Shown here: positions 11,480 through 24,060 of the stretch, piece by piece | How positions within the stretch are numbered: the first letter of the stretch is position 1 | Layout: each line of letters starts with the position of its first letter | DNA from: Chiloscyllium plagiosum | Lineage: Eukaryota | Reading direction: 5' to 3' | DNA: 64,000 nucleotides | Assembly (NCBI RefSeq): GCF_004010195.1 | Contig: NC_057758.1 | Location: forward strand, 2,170,029-2,234,028 | Notes under the pieces: model-generated | Database searches by the model: none | Seen by the model: only the letters and a program-made list of their open reading frames with translations | Told to the model about the DNA's origin: nothing | Made by a program: the position numbers and the translations under genes

Positions 11480-11890
11480 ACTGCAGAAACCTGCACTATA
11501 CAGTAATTTGGGATTCCTTGTGTATAAATCGCAGAAAGGTGTCATACAAGGTCAGCAGGTCATAGAGATAGCAAATGGAACGCCATCATTCATTTCAGAC
11601 AGAACGGAGAATAAAAATAGGGAAGGCTTGCAACAACTGTGGCCGTTCCTTTCAGCCCACACTGAAAATGCTGTGAACAGGTTTGGCCCCTAGCTGGAGG
11701 TACCAAAGTTCTTCAATGAAGGCAGCTCAGACAAGGTTCATCAGACCGATCTCCACAATGGAGGGATATTGACGAGAAGAAGTTGATAAGATTGAATTTG
11801 AACTCATTAGAATTTAGAAAATCGTGGTATTTTTATTAACACAGAAAAGGTTCTTCTGTGTTCTTACAGGGTTAGTACTGCGGTCAATAC
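11480..11890 (+). mobile_element. Old CR1 ORF2 3' fragment
   Basis: NLGFLVYKSQK...VIEIANGTPSFI...LQQLW degenerate CR1 RT C-terminus. Confidence 0.55.
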
Positions 11891-11959
11891 AATATCGAGG
11901 ACTGATGTGCCTCTACTATGCTGCACTGATCTGTGTTGCAAATATGGAAGGGTAATGGC

Positions 11960-12800
11960 AAGAAGAGATTTTGGTAATCTGGAGAGTACGGGGTCTGAAG
12001 GAAGAGACACGAATAGGAAGTGTTGTTTGAAGTTTCGGAGTTTACAGAGACCATAGTGGTTTGACTTGGAGCAGACGACCGAGATTGGAAGGTTTCCAGG
12101 GTTCTGGATGTTCTTTAAGAGGGAGGGAGGACCTTAGAATCTCAGGAGGCTCCAAAAATGTGAAGGTCCTACAGAAGGTCATGGAGATGGGAAGGCTGTG
12201 AGAGGTGGAACAGTTTCTGAGCATAAGATTGTTGGTAGTTTGGGAGTGATTTAGGTGAATGGAGCAGAGTACAGAGATAAAGCGGGTTGTGTAGATCAAA
12301 GAACAAACTCATATATGGAGGGTAGATGTGACTGAAGGTGTTTATAGATATAGGAAGGCATACTTTCTGCCGGTTATTTAGGTATGAAGGATTGGTCTCT
12401 TACAGATTTTCTTGTGGATGAGGAGAGCAATTTTGGTAGGAGACAGTTTCCAGATAAAGGAGCGTTGAAAACTCCCTCAGTTTGGTAAAAGTGGGAAAGT
12501 TGCAGGGGAGATCTAGAATTACACAAATAGGGGTGGGAAGGCTGGAGCACATTATGGAGATGAGTAGATGGATGGAGAGTCTGGAGGAGCTAACATTGAC
12601 AAAGTAGGTTATTACAACGTGAGGATATTTCATCGAGAGAGAGACATGTAGAAACTGGATCGGGAGAGTCACAGACATTCGAGTGAGTTATACAGATTGA
12701 CAGTGTTGCAGGGATCTGAAAGGATTACACAAATAGGGAGGATTGTAAGATCTCCACAGATTGATCATGTCTTCACGACTGAAAGATGTTACGTAGATAT
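11960..12800 (-). repeat. Degenerate ~36-bp minisatellite (same family as 26760-29560, opposite strand)
   Basis: Recurrent ATAGGGAGG...GGCTGGAGGAG.TTACAGAGA units. Confidence 0.7.
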
Positions 12801-12849
12801 GGATAGCTTAAACCCAAAGTATGTCTGATTCGTTTTCCAGACCAGAGCC

Positions 12850-14390
12850 TCAATATTCCACGTCAGTCAGGGATGCCTAAACCTGCCAGCTTTTCACTTC
12901 AGCTTAACAGGGACATACTGGCCCCGAATCCTTGATATGACATTTTGAAAAGCCTTCCATTTGTCAGTAATTCCTTTTCCTTCAAGCACACTCACCCAAT
13001 CGACCTCTGCTCGATGCTGCCTAATGACCAGAAAACTGGCCCTGTTCTGGATGACCACGTTAACCTGTGGACCTCTCCCATAGTTATCCATAGTTATGTT
13101 TAAACTGAGACAGCTGTGGTCACTGAACCATAAGTGATCTCCGACTGACACTTGTGCACCCTTGATTTCTAAAGGGAGGTCCAGTGTTGCACCCGCCTGA
13201 GTAGGGCTCTCTACGTATAATTTTAGGAACCGTCCTTGGACACATCCGACGAATTCACCCCATCCGGACTTCTTACACTCTGGGTGGCCCAGTCATTACA
13301 GGGTTGTTAAAATCTCCAACCGTTACTAGTCTATTATTCCTACAGGAATATGCAATCTCGCTACACATCTGCTTCTCTCATTCCCACTGGCTTTTTGGCA
13401 GTTTATAATACACTTACAACAGAATCACTATCACCTCCTACTTTCTACGTTCCTACCATATCGCCTCATTTGGTGACCCCCTAAAGAGCATCCTCTCTAA
13501 ACACTGCTGTTATGTCCTCCATTATCGAAAGGCCACCCCCCTCCTCATTTACGTGCACTTATGTCACGCGTGTAGCGTATGTAACCTGGAGTACTGAAAT
13601 TCTAGTCCTGCCTTTCTCTCAGCCACGTTTCAGTTATTGCTATAAATAGCCAAATCCCCAAAGCCACTGCATTCTCTGAGCCTTTCTGCATTACCAGTCC
13701 GGCCCCGAGCGTTGAATTAATGCAACTTAAACCACAAGTGTTTTCCGTCCCTTTACTGTGCCCCTGGATATCCTGAAGAGTAAACTTGTTCCCAATGGCT
13801 GATATATTTTGTCCTGATTCTCGATGGTACCTCCCTTGTTCTGAGTCGAACCGGCCCCTACTTCACCACCACCAAATTATTTTAAAACATCCGGTGTAAC
13901 ACTAGCACATCGCCCAGAAGAGTTGCCGGTGCCCCTCTGGTTTAAGTGCAAATCATCACCGTTGTATATGTCACCTCTATCCCAGAGGAGTTCCCAATGA
14001 TCCAAGAACTGAAATTCCTGCCGCCAAAACCAGCTCCTCAATCATGCATTCATCTGGTTTCTGTTTCTATTTCTGTCCTCGCTAGTACGTGGCATTGGGA
14101 GTAATTCGAAGATCAAGTCCCTTGAGGTCTTGGTTAATAACTTCTTACCTAACTTCCTATTCTCATTTCACTGTACATCATCCCTTTGTCCACGTATGTT
14201 AATTGTACTGATATGCAAAATGACATCTAGCTGATTATCCTCCCCTACACAATGTTCTACAAACGTTCAGAAACATCCTTGAAACTGGCACGCGGAGGCA
14301 GCACGCCATCCTGGTGTCTCTTCTGTAGCCACAGAACCTACTGTGTGTCCCTTTCAAAGTTGAGTTTCCTATCAGTATTGCTATCATTAG
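12850..14390 (-). mobile_element. CR1 LINE ORF1 (SGNH-esterase-like) and endonuclease region
   Basis: GNSTLKGTHSRFCGYRRDTRMACCL (cf. GDSIVRG.DRRFCG...MVCCLPGA); SVGDHLWFSDHS, VDWVSVLEGK, WKAFQ. Confidence 0.8.
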
Positions 14391-14519
14391 CCAGGGTGTG
14401 ACAAACATAGACAGGGAAGAATTACTTGCGGTTAGGTCCAAATTTGGAAAATGGGTTAATTTTAAATTGATACAAGAAGCTTTCAGGACCATTGTGCTCC
14501 CAAAGAGTGAGTAGCAAGG

Positions 14520-15990
14520 GCAACAAACCCAGCGAATACTGATCAAGTGATGTCTAAATTTTGACAAAGTAAATAAAATGCATTAAAAACATCTGAAGGC
14601 TTTCAAGAATATAGGGAGTGCAAGAGGATGGTAGAAATGAAGAGCAGACAATAGCCATAAATTATCTCTGGCAAACATCCTTAAGAAAAAGCCACAAGGT
14701 ATTTTCTAAGTATTGAGGAATTTTACCGGGGAAAGAGTAGAACCCAAATGGACAATCTGGGTATGGAGTCAGAGAAAATAAGTGAAGTCTTAATTGAATA
14801 CGTCTCATCTGTATTAACACAGGCGAAAGATATTATGGCCGAGGATTTCATTTGGGACGGTAAGATTCTAGAACATATCATGATCAATAAGGCGGAGGTA
14901 TTAAATGTTTTCACAGGCATAACGGTGGAAAAATCTCCAGTGCCCAATGAAATATATCCTACGCTGCTATGCGAAGTAAGGGAGGAGATTGCAGGGGCCA
15001 TGGTGGACATATTTAACATTTTGGTTTCTCATTGGGGGAAATATCACAGCAATACTGAGAGACGATATTCTTCCGGTTCGGCCTCGTGAAGCTATATTAG
15101 TGGAACAGACAGGTTATGATGTGTCATCACTTTCATACGATTGCACTGCAGGCCCCTAACCAGCATTGGGAAACTGAAGAACAAAATAGTTAGATCTCAG
15201 CTATCTGTAAGAATAATAACGTGGATTTTAGCTTTTGAAACCTAGGACTGTTGCTTAGATGTGAAGAATTTGTTAAGTGTGTTCAAGAAACTTTTCTCCA
15301 TCACAATATCGATGGCCCGACCGGAGAAAGAGTAAAACCTGACCTCACCTTGGGATTGCTCTTAGGGGAGCATTTTGGCAAAGGTCCACAATTCTATTCG
15401 GTTGAAAATGGAGTTGGAAAAGGACAGGCCTGGTCCACAAGTTAGAGGTATAAAATGGGACAAGAACGGTCTTGACAGTATTTGAGGTGAACTTTCAAAA
15501 GTTGATTTTGGGAGGTTATTTGCTGCTCACGGGAGGTCTGGTGTGTGGGCATATTTTAAAGGTGAGATAAAATGAGCGTTCAGGGCCAGCATGGATGCTT
15601 TAGTGTTCAGGGCAATGCTGACAGAATAAGGAAACACCGGCTGACTATTGAGGCTCTGGTCAAGAAAAATGGGGCACATTTCCGGTACAGCCAGCTGGGT
15701 CAAATGAATATCTTGAGGAGCATTGAGGGCTGGAGGAATGCACTTTGGACATAAATCAGGAATGCAAAAAGGGAACATGAAATGGCTTTGGCAAATAAGT
15801 TTAAGGAGAATCCAAGGACAATAGACAATTGTATTAAGGGCAAAGTAATAGCTGGGGAGTTAATGTGGACCCTTACTGATCAAATAAGCCATTGATGTAT
15901 GGAAGCACTAGACCCTAAACAACCATTCCAATTCAAAACTCACAGTGTACAAAGACGAGAGAACTGAGCAAACTAAACAGTGATTGGTTA
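14520..15990 (+). mobile_element. Two CR1 ORF2 fragments (EN-RT linker)
   Basis: EVLIEYVSSVLT, KSPVPNEIYPTLLCEVREEIAG; EEFVKCVQETFLHHNIDGPT, LANKFKENP. Confidence 0.75.
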
Positions 15991-15991
15991 G

Positions 15992-16605
15992 TGCTATCGA
16001 CTAGGGCAGATCACTCAACATACTCTAATGCAGCAAACCCAGAGCATGACATTGCAATTTTTTTCATTAATTGTTCAGCGAAAATTGCCCGGAGGAAGTT
16101 AGCTGGGTTGATTAAAACAGTCTGAAATGTATTCACAAAATTGCGCAATGAAACACAAAGAACAGAATAAAGAACATCCTACAGAAATCAGTCTAACCAA
16201 ACTGGACTAAAGTATGATGTTCGGAATATACACAACAGTCCCAATAGGAAAAGCCCCTTACAAACAGTCAAAATGGAACAAATGCTTACAAGTTGAAGTT
16301 AGAAGTTCAGAGAGAGATTTGCACAGCCTGTTTCTACGCAGCTTAACTCTTAACTACTTCTGACTGAACTGCTCATTAAGAGAGCTGCTCACATCGCATT
16401 CATTGTAAAGGTTACTTCGAAAACATGACCACATTGGCCTGACGACATATAAACAAAAGGCCTCTTAAAGTCCAATGTCATCACTGCACCAAACTAGTCA
16501 TCTTGGAACCGGGGCAGTTTTATCACCATTCAGAAAAAAAAAATCAAGGACACAGCATCCTTGAGATAAAAAATAGGTTTCCAAAAAGGGACCAGGTTTG
16601 TGACA
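15992..16605 (-). repeat. 3' LTR of Gmr1-type Gypsy element, preceded by polypurine tract
   Basis: Reverse complement starts TGTCACA after GGGGGTAGG (16606-16614); homologous to LTR 6134-6731. Confidence 0.85.
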
Positions 16606-19600
16606 CCTACCCCCAGTAAAATAAAGAACCATCAAATGAAAAGACGGCTTCATTTTTAAAATCCTTCATAAACAAACTGGCTAGTAGTCTAAGGCACTAT
16701 GCAGAATCTACACATGTAGACATACACAACTACATGCAAATTCAGACCATTGTATACCCTCCACCGACGTTCCCGTATCTCATTCAAGTCTCAATAACGC
16801 ATTAACAATCACGTTTTCCTGATCTGCCTCATGCACACTTGTCAAATTGAATGTGTGCAACAAGAGCTCTGTCTAAACAGTCTGGCATTTTTGTCCTTAA
16901 TTTTTTCCACAATGTTAATGTGTTATGATCAGTGCATACGATTGTCTCAGCTGCATTGCTGGCAATATACACCCTGAAATGCTGTAATGCTCCGACCAAA
17001 TTTAAAGTTTCTTTCTCCACCGTTGAAAACTTCTGTTGAAGAAGGTTCAACATCCTGGAAAAAAATACTCGATATATCTTTCTATCCCCTCGTGCTGGCA
17101 ATATACACTCTGAAGTGATGTAATGCTACGACCTACTTCAAAGTTTCCTTCTCCACCGTTGAAAATTTCTGTTGAACAACGTTCAACATTCTGGAAAAAA
17201 AAACGATGTTTCTTTCTATCCCCTCGTCATTGTCCTGCAGGAGCACAACGCCGACACCCACATCACTGATAACGATAGCCAGCTTGAAAGGCTCCATGTA
17301 ATCTGGTGTGGCTAATACTGGGGCAGTGATTAACACAGTTTTTCAGCTGCCGGTTGCCTTTTGACAGTTCGCTGTCCACTGAAACTTCCTGCCCTTTTTA
17401 ACGAATTCGGTGAGTGGAGCAACCACACTGCTAAACTTCAGTACAAACCCTGGGTAAATACCACTTCATCGCAGGATCCATTGTTCTTTTTTTTCGTTGA
17501 TAGTGTGGGAAATTCCACAATTACTTTCATTTTCGCATCTCCTGAGGCCATTTGTCCATGTCCAATAACATGGCCCTGGAAGGTGACTTGGGCTTTGGAA
17601 AATTCACTTCTGGCTAGGTTTAGCACAGAGCATGCCTTCTGAAGTCGATCAAATACGTCCGATAATTTTTGTAAATATTTATGTCCATTAGTGTCTTAAA
17701 ATCACCAGTTCATCAATATGCACCAAAACAATTGACAAGGATGTTGTCATGGTTGGAGGATTTGAGCTGTAGGGAGAGGCTGGGCAGGCTGAGGCTGTTT
17801 TCGCTGGAGCGTCGGAGGCTGAGGGGTGACTTTACCGAGGTTTACAAAATTATGAGGGGCATGGATTGGATAAATAGACAAAGTCTTTTCCCTGCGGTCG
17901 GGGAGTCCAGAACCAGAGGGTATAGGTTTAGTGTTAGAGGGTAAAGATATAAAAGAGACCTACGGGGCAACTTTATCACGCAGAGGTTGGTACGTGTATT
18001 GAATCAGCAGCCAGAAGACGTGGTGGAGGCTGGTACAATTGCAACATTGAAGGGGCATTTGGATGGGTAAATGAATATTAAGGGTTTGGAGGGATATGGG
18101 ATGGGTGCTGGCAGGTGGAGCTAGATTGGTTGGGATATCTGGTAGGCATGAACAGGTTGTACTGAAAGATCTGTTTCCATGCTGTACAGCTCTCTGACTC
18201 TATGACTGTATGCACTACATAGTTGGGTAATCCGGCAATGTCCGTATTAGTGGCTGGAATGACGTTGAACTGATATAATCCATCTGGCATTACGAAATCC
18301 GAAACGACCATTGTTCTCTCTCACAGAGGTACTTGCAAGGAGCCTCTGAGCAACTCAAACTTAGAAATGTAAGTTTCTTGTCCCACTTTTTTGACACAGT
18401 CATCCAATCGTTGAATTAGATCTACATCAGTTTTTGTAATGGCGTCGAATTCGCGATGGTCCACACAAAGCCTTTACGTACTATCTGGCTTTGGCCCGAT
18501 GACTATGGCTGGGCTCCTGTCACTGTAACGCACTTCGATTTTGCCATCTTGGAACTTGCGCTCTATCTCCTTTTGAACCTGTGCCAACCTTCTAGGGTTA
18601 TGCCTAAAATGACGTTGCTTAATCAGAACAGCATCTCCTATATTTACATCATGGACAATTAGGTTAATACATGCCAGTTTATTTCCACATGCCTCCCATC
18701 GTGGTTATAATAAGTCTTTCAGGTCATTTCGATTTTCTTGAGGAAGTTAACTCAATAATGTATTCAATTTTTGACAACTTCCTCATTGTCCAATTTGATA
18801 TGAGGAGGGAGCAATTCAGAAGCCTCTGAACTTGATTCTTCCTTCTATGTTGTTATCATTAACACCTTACCCTCTTGATTTCCTTCCCTATCAAAATATC
18901 TTTTGAGCATATTCACAGGACACAGTCTATGAGATTTCTTCCTGTCTGGAGTCCTTATCAAGTAGTTCACCTCACTTAATTTCCTCTCGATTTGATAACG
19001 CTCCAAAAAAAAAAATCTTGCGTGTAAAGACTAAGCTGTTACTGAAGGTAACATCAATACGTTATTCCTAATTGTATAATTGCGAATTTGTTGCTTTGTA
19101 TGCTATGATATTTTTAAATGCTGTCTACAACGCTCCAACTCTATTCAATATTTCTCCAAAAATTGACACATCATCAAACTGTGGAGTCTCTGAGTTCTGA
19201 TTTAATAATATCTCCTCTATCAGTTTTAACGCTCCTCTTACTTCATGCCCATTACTTCAAATGGAGAGAATTTGGTGGATTATTTCGATGCATCTCTGAT
19301 CGCAAACGTACAACCAAAACTGCCTTATCCCAATCATATGTTTAATCTTGATCACAAACCTTCAACAAGGTCATTAGTGTTTGAACTTTCCAGTGCTCCC
19401 TGTGATTGTGGATGGGACGAAGTAGATTTTAATTGCTTTATTCCCAACTTACGCATAACCTCCACGAATAGTTTGGATGTGAGGTTTGAGCATTAATCAG
19501 ACTGAATCTCTATTGGTAGTCCGTAGTTACTTGTGGTAATATGTGATGGAATTGCATCTGGAAATCTAGTCGACACATTCATTAATGTAATAAATACTTA

Positions 19601-19960
19601 TTTCCACTTTTTTGCTTGCTGTATTGATATTGACGGTGTTGGTTTCATTTCTACCTGTGGTTTGTGATTAATTGACAAGTATGACACGTCTGGCAAGATT
19701 CAACTGCATCCTTGTGTCTTCCAGGCCAATAAAAATGTCTTTGTTTTGTAGCCAGTGTTTTCTTCACCCCTAAATGACTTCCAAGTGGTAGCTCATACGT
19801 CACTCGCAGCACCTACTGTCTATAACTTATTCGCAAAACAATTTGATGAATCTCTGCCCATCTTTGATTTGCTTGAATGTGTGATGGTCTCCATTTCCTC
19901 ATTAAGATATCATCTATTAAATAGTAACACGAAACAACTGGGCAAGATAGTAGCGATTCA
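16606..19960 (-). mobile_element. Gmr1-type Gypsy pol relic (IN-RT-RNase H order)
   Basis: HFYWPG.HKD..ESCQTC and PQSQGALE (IN, ~19.3-19.8 kb); PDGLYQF, LNLARSEFSKAQVTFQGHVIG (RT); APVLATPD, FSTVEKETL, TDHNTL (RNase H). Confidence 0.88.
17735..18205 (+). mobile_element. CR1/HER1 3' fragment inserted in Gypsy RT
   Basis: LFSLERRRLRGDFTEVYKIMRG, TRGYRF; (CTCTATGA)n tail. Confidence 0.93.
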
Positions 19961-20049
19961 GTAGAACTGCCATTGATGAGTCAGCCTAAAAAACAAGGCA
20001 TATTGGCGATTTTTACCATCACTGGCCAACATATATGGAGGAATTGTTA

Positions 20050-20900
20050 ATTTCAAAACTTGTACAACATATATTCGTGGACAATGTGGAGTGTGAAGAA
20101 CGCCAAAAGGAAAATGAGGGAGCAAACAGCAGTAAGGTGGGCAATCCCCTGCAGAATCGGATAAACAGAGGCTGCAGATCCCTGGGGTGATCTGACAGAA
20201 ACACAAGAATTTGCGGCCGCGATGATAGGTTTTACCATGAAGATTGTGTATGCGATTGATGAGATCCGTGCCGAGGCAAATCCCATCCTCTCCATACTGC
20301 AGAAGCATGATCAGGAACTCCAGGGCCTCGGGGAGCGGATGGAGGAGGTTAAGAGTCGAAACAAAGCCTGAGAAGCAGCAACTGAGTCGTCGTCCGGATA
20401 GATGCAGGTCCTGCAGCAGGAAGAGTGGGCCTTGAGAGATAAGTTCGACGACATTGAAAATTGAGGTTGAAGAACGAATCTGCGGATTGTGAGGCTCCCA
20501 GACTGTGAAGAAGGGCCTTCGAATTGAATGCAAATGGCTACATATGGAAAGGGGCTATCGGGGGGCGTGCACAGGTCTGGCCTGGCGTAGTGCACCCGTC
20601 GGACCATGTGCACTTCCTAACATATATCGACGAGCTTAGAGTGATAGAAGCCTCCAGATTACTGGAGGCATTGCTGCACAAGAGGTCAAAAGTCATGTTT
20701 TTCCAGAATTTCTTGGCAGTTGTAATTCGAAAGAGGAAGACCCTCGGTGAAGTTAAAAAGAGGTTGAGCAACCTGAGCATCGAGGATCTCCATGAGATAC
20801 CCTGCAGCGCTCCCTTTCAGCCACAAAGACTCAGTTTATACGTTTAGCTAGATGGATAAAGCCAATAATATTGTAGACACTTTAACATAGACTGACTGGT
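20050..20900 (+). mobile_element. L1-like ORF1 relic
   Basis: Coiled coil then IEN*GRRTNLRIVRLP-like motif; RVIEASRLL..KVMFFQNF..VIRKRK..VKKRL..YPA. Confidence 0.8.
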
Positions 20901-20916
20901 CTGAAGAATATGGTTA

Positions 20917-21220
20917 ATTAGATTACTTACAGTCTGGAAATAGGCCCTTTGGCCCAAAAAGTCCACACCGACCCTCTGAAGAGCAACCCACCCAGACCCA
21001 TTCGCCTACACCCAACACTACGGGCAATTCAACATGGCTGATGCACCTAACCTGCGCATCTCTTGGACTGTGGGAGGAAACCGGAGCACTCAGAGGAAAC
21101 CCATGCAGACATGGGGATAATGTGCAAACTCCATCCAGACAGTCGCCCAAGGTACGAATTGAACACAGGTCTCTGGCGCTGTGAGGCAGCAGTGCAAGCC
21201 ACTGTCCCACTGTTCCGCCT
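20917..21220 (-). mobile_element. HE1-like V-SINE (tRNA-derived head, V domain, HER1 tail)
   Basis: Minus strand GGCGGAACAGTGGGACAGTGGCTTGCACTGCTGCCTCACAGCGCCAGAGACC head with B-box-like GTTCAATTC, V-domain GGGTTTCCTCTGAGTGCTCCGGTTTCCTCCCACAGTCC, TAATCTAA tail. Confidence 0.88.
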
Positions 21221-21224
21221 ACTT

Positions 21225-21575
21225 TCTTTCCTGTTGGATTGCCGTTTTTCCAGGAATTCTCGTGAATTTCTCTGCATGTCATTCCAACCGGAACTCTATC
21301 ACCAAAAACATTGACTTGGATCCCATTTCACACTCCTTGAGAAGAAGAGCAGAAAATAACGTCACCACATAAAGTGACGTCACCACAGGAAATGACATTG
21401 CCAACCCAAAGAAGACAAAGCACATAAATAGAAAGCGGGTCTGATCATCAGTGCTTCATCCGAAGGCTCACTGATGATGGTACCTAGTATGGTGATGAAA
21501 CGTCTGAAAACGAATCTTGCAGCTCAGCGAGCAAACCTACATCCAAACCTCAACCTGAGATACAAATCTTGTCAA
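21225..21575 (+). mobile_element. Penelope-like 3' end (second family) with hammerhead motif
   Basis: REFLCMSFQPE / SITKNIDLDPI; CTGATGA (21471) - stem - GAAAC-GTC (21497). Confidence 0.8.
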
Positions 21576-21579
21576 AACT

Positions 21580-22560
21580 CACTAATGAGATGTTGTTTCT
21601 TGAATTGCCTATTTGGCTCTTTGTGGCAATGCAGGAGGTGAAGGATGATCATGTTAGAAAAGCAAATACAATGGGCGGTGACTGGGATATTTGTTCGGGC
21701 CCTGTGGGGCCCAACTGAGAGGCCTAGCAGCCCATTTCTAAAGTTTTCATTTTGTATGCTGGATATGGAAAAAAACCACATCGGGAGCAGTATACGAATT
21801 TGGAAGAGAAACAGGTGAAGCGCTGTTTCACATGGAAGTACTGTTTGAAGCCCTGCTTGGAGGTGTTGAGATGAACATGATAGGTTTCACGTTGTTTTTC
21901 CAGTTTCAGGGGAAACTAAATGGCGATTCGGGGGTTTTGGTGAAGAAGTGTGGCGTGAACCAATGAGTGATGAAGGGAACGGTCCTTGAGAAATGCAGAG
22001 ATGATTGGGGAGGGGGACATGTTGTTGGTCGTGGGGGCCAGTTTGATTTAACGGAAGTACTAAGAGATGATACATTGAATGTGGAAACTGTAAGGGTGGT
22101 CAATGCCTCATCTTCTATCTGGGCAGCTTGCAGACCAGAGGATATTGCGATCTCCAATTTCAAATATTTCCCATCTTTTCCTCTCGTCTCTGCCACCAAC
22201 TGGATTAATTCCTCCCATTTACCTACTATGTCATTCCTTCTTACTGGGTAGACCTATCTCCACTTTACCACCCTGCAACCACCCATCACTGCTTCTCATC
22301 CCCGACTCCATTTCCTGTTCCTCCCCCTCCTCCCCATTCCTTCATGCAGCTACCAACGGGATTCATTCCTCACATCGACCAAACAGGTCGTACCCTCTCA
22401 CTGTGTTCACCTATCCCTACCACACCACCCCGTTTTCCCCTCCGCACTCCTTCTTACAGGCAGCTCCCCTCTGCCCAAACCAAATTTCTTCAGGAGGGTT
22501 ACACCCGAAACGTTGACTTCTCTACATCCTGAAGCTGCATGGCTTGCTTTTCCACCTTGG
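21580..22560. mobile_element. Old Penelope-like fragments in both orientations
   Basis: Minus-strand GIY-YIG-region similarity; plus-strand pyrimidine-rich tail ending ...GGGTTACACCCGAAACGTTGACT. Confidence 0.55.
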
Positions 22561-22589
22561 ATTATGGCACCTACTTTTTTCCCCCTTTG

Positions 22590-24060
22590 TCTCTTGGTCC
22601 AAACTACTGACTCCATCAGCAAGTTTGCCTTGAGCGAAACCTGGACTATGACTCCCAAGTCTCTTTCCTGTTTAGACTTCAGAATTTTCTCCCCAATTAG
22701 AAAATACTCTATGCCCCTAACCTTCCTACCAAAATGCATGATTTCACATTTGCAGACGTGCTACCTCCATCTGCCTCTTTTTGCCCTCTCTCCTATTCCG
22801 TCCAAATACTTCTGCATCCTTCCCGCCTCCTCAATGTTAACTGCCCCTCTAACTATTTTTCTATCATCTGCAAACTTCGTCGGCATGCCCTCAGTTCCTT
22901 CATCTAGGTCGTTAATGTATACAATGAAAAGTTGCGGTCCCAATCATCAATCTTGCAGAACCAGACTGCCATCCCCAAAATGGATTTCTTAATCCTCAGT
23001 GTCTGCTTTCTGCGAGACAGACACGTTTCTTTCCGTGCTAACACTTTGTCTCTGACGCCATGGGCCCTTACCTTACACAGCAGCATGCTATATGGCACCT
23101 TGTCAAAGGATTGCTTGAAGTCCAGGTCGATAACATCCATCGCTCTCCTTGCACGAGCAGGTTAGCTTGTTACTTCCTCCAAAAAAATCGATGCAATTTG
23201 TCAGGTCTGTCCTCCCTTTGATGGAAACATGCTGAGTTTGCCCTAATGATCTACACTTGCAAGTATTCAGAAATCTCATCCTTCATAATGGATATCAGGA
23301 TCTAAGCTCAGACTCAGGTTCGGTTACGTGGTCTTAGGGATGCCACTTTAGTGATTTTCTCGTCCTCTGGGATAATTCTTGCAATTCCCGAAAGATTACC
23401 AGTATTGTCTCCACTATCTCGTCAGCTATTTCACTTAGAACTCTATGTGTCGTCCATCTGGTCCAGGTGATTTATCCAACTTCAGACCATTCAGTTTTTC
23501 TAGCACCTTCACCTTGGTGATGGCAACCATACCCAGCTCCGCTCCCTCTCTTGACTATTTGGGAGATTACTTGTGTCTTCCACTGTGAAGACTATTGTGA
23601 AGTAATTATTCAGTTACTCATCCATGTCCTTGTTCCACGCTACCATCTCTGTTGCATCATTTTCCAGTGTTCCAATGTCGACTTTGGCCTTTCGTTTGCA
23701 ATTTACATATTGACAGCAACTCTCCAGTCTACCTTTATATTACAGGCTAGCTAACATGATATGTAATCCTCTCCCTCCTTAATTTATTTGGTTGGCCTCT
23801 GTTGACCTTTATAAGCTTCGCAATTCCCTGGTTTGCCATTGCCTTTCGTCACATGATATGCTTTATCCTTTGCTTTCCTGTTATCCCTGACTTCCCTAGT
23901 CAGCCATGCTTGCCAGAACCTCCCTTTATCACGCTTCTTTTCCCTTGGCATGAATGTTTGCTGTGTATTTTGAATTACTCTTGGAAATTCCTGCCATTGC
24001 CGTTTCAATGCCAATCTTGCTAGCCTCTTTTCCAATCAGTTCCATCGAAACAGAATTTCC
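22590..24060 (-). mobile_element. CR1 ORF2 RT relic
   Basis: DVIDLDFKQSFDKVP, GPQLFIVYINDLDEG, KFADD, MHFGRK, ERDLGV. Confidence 0.9.
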
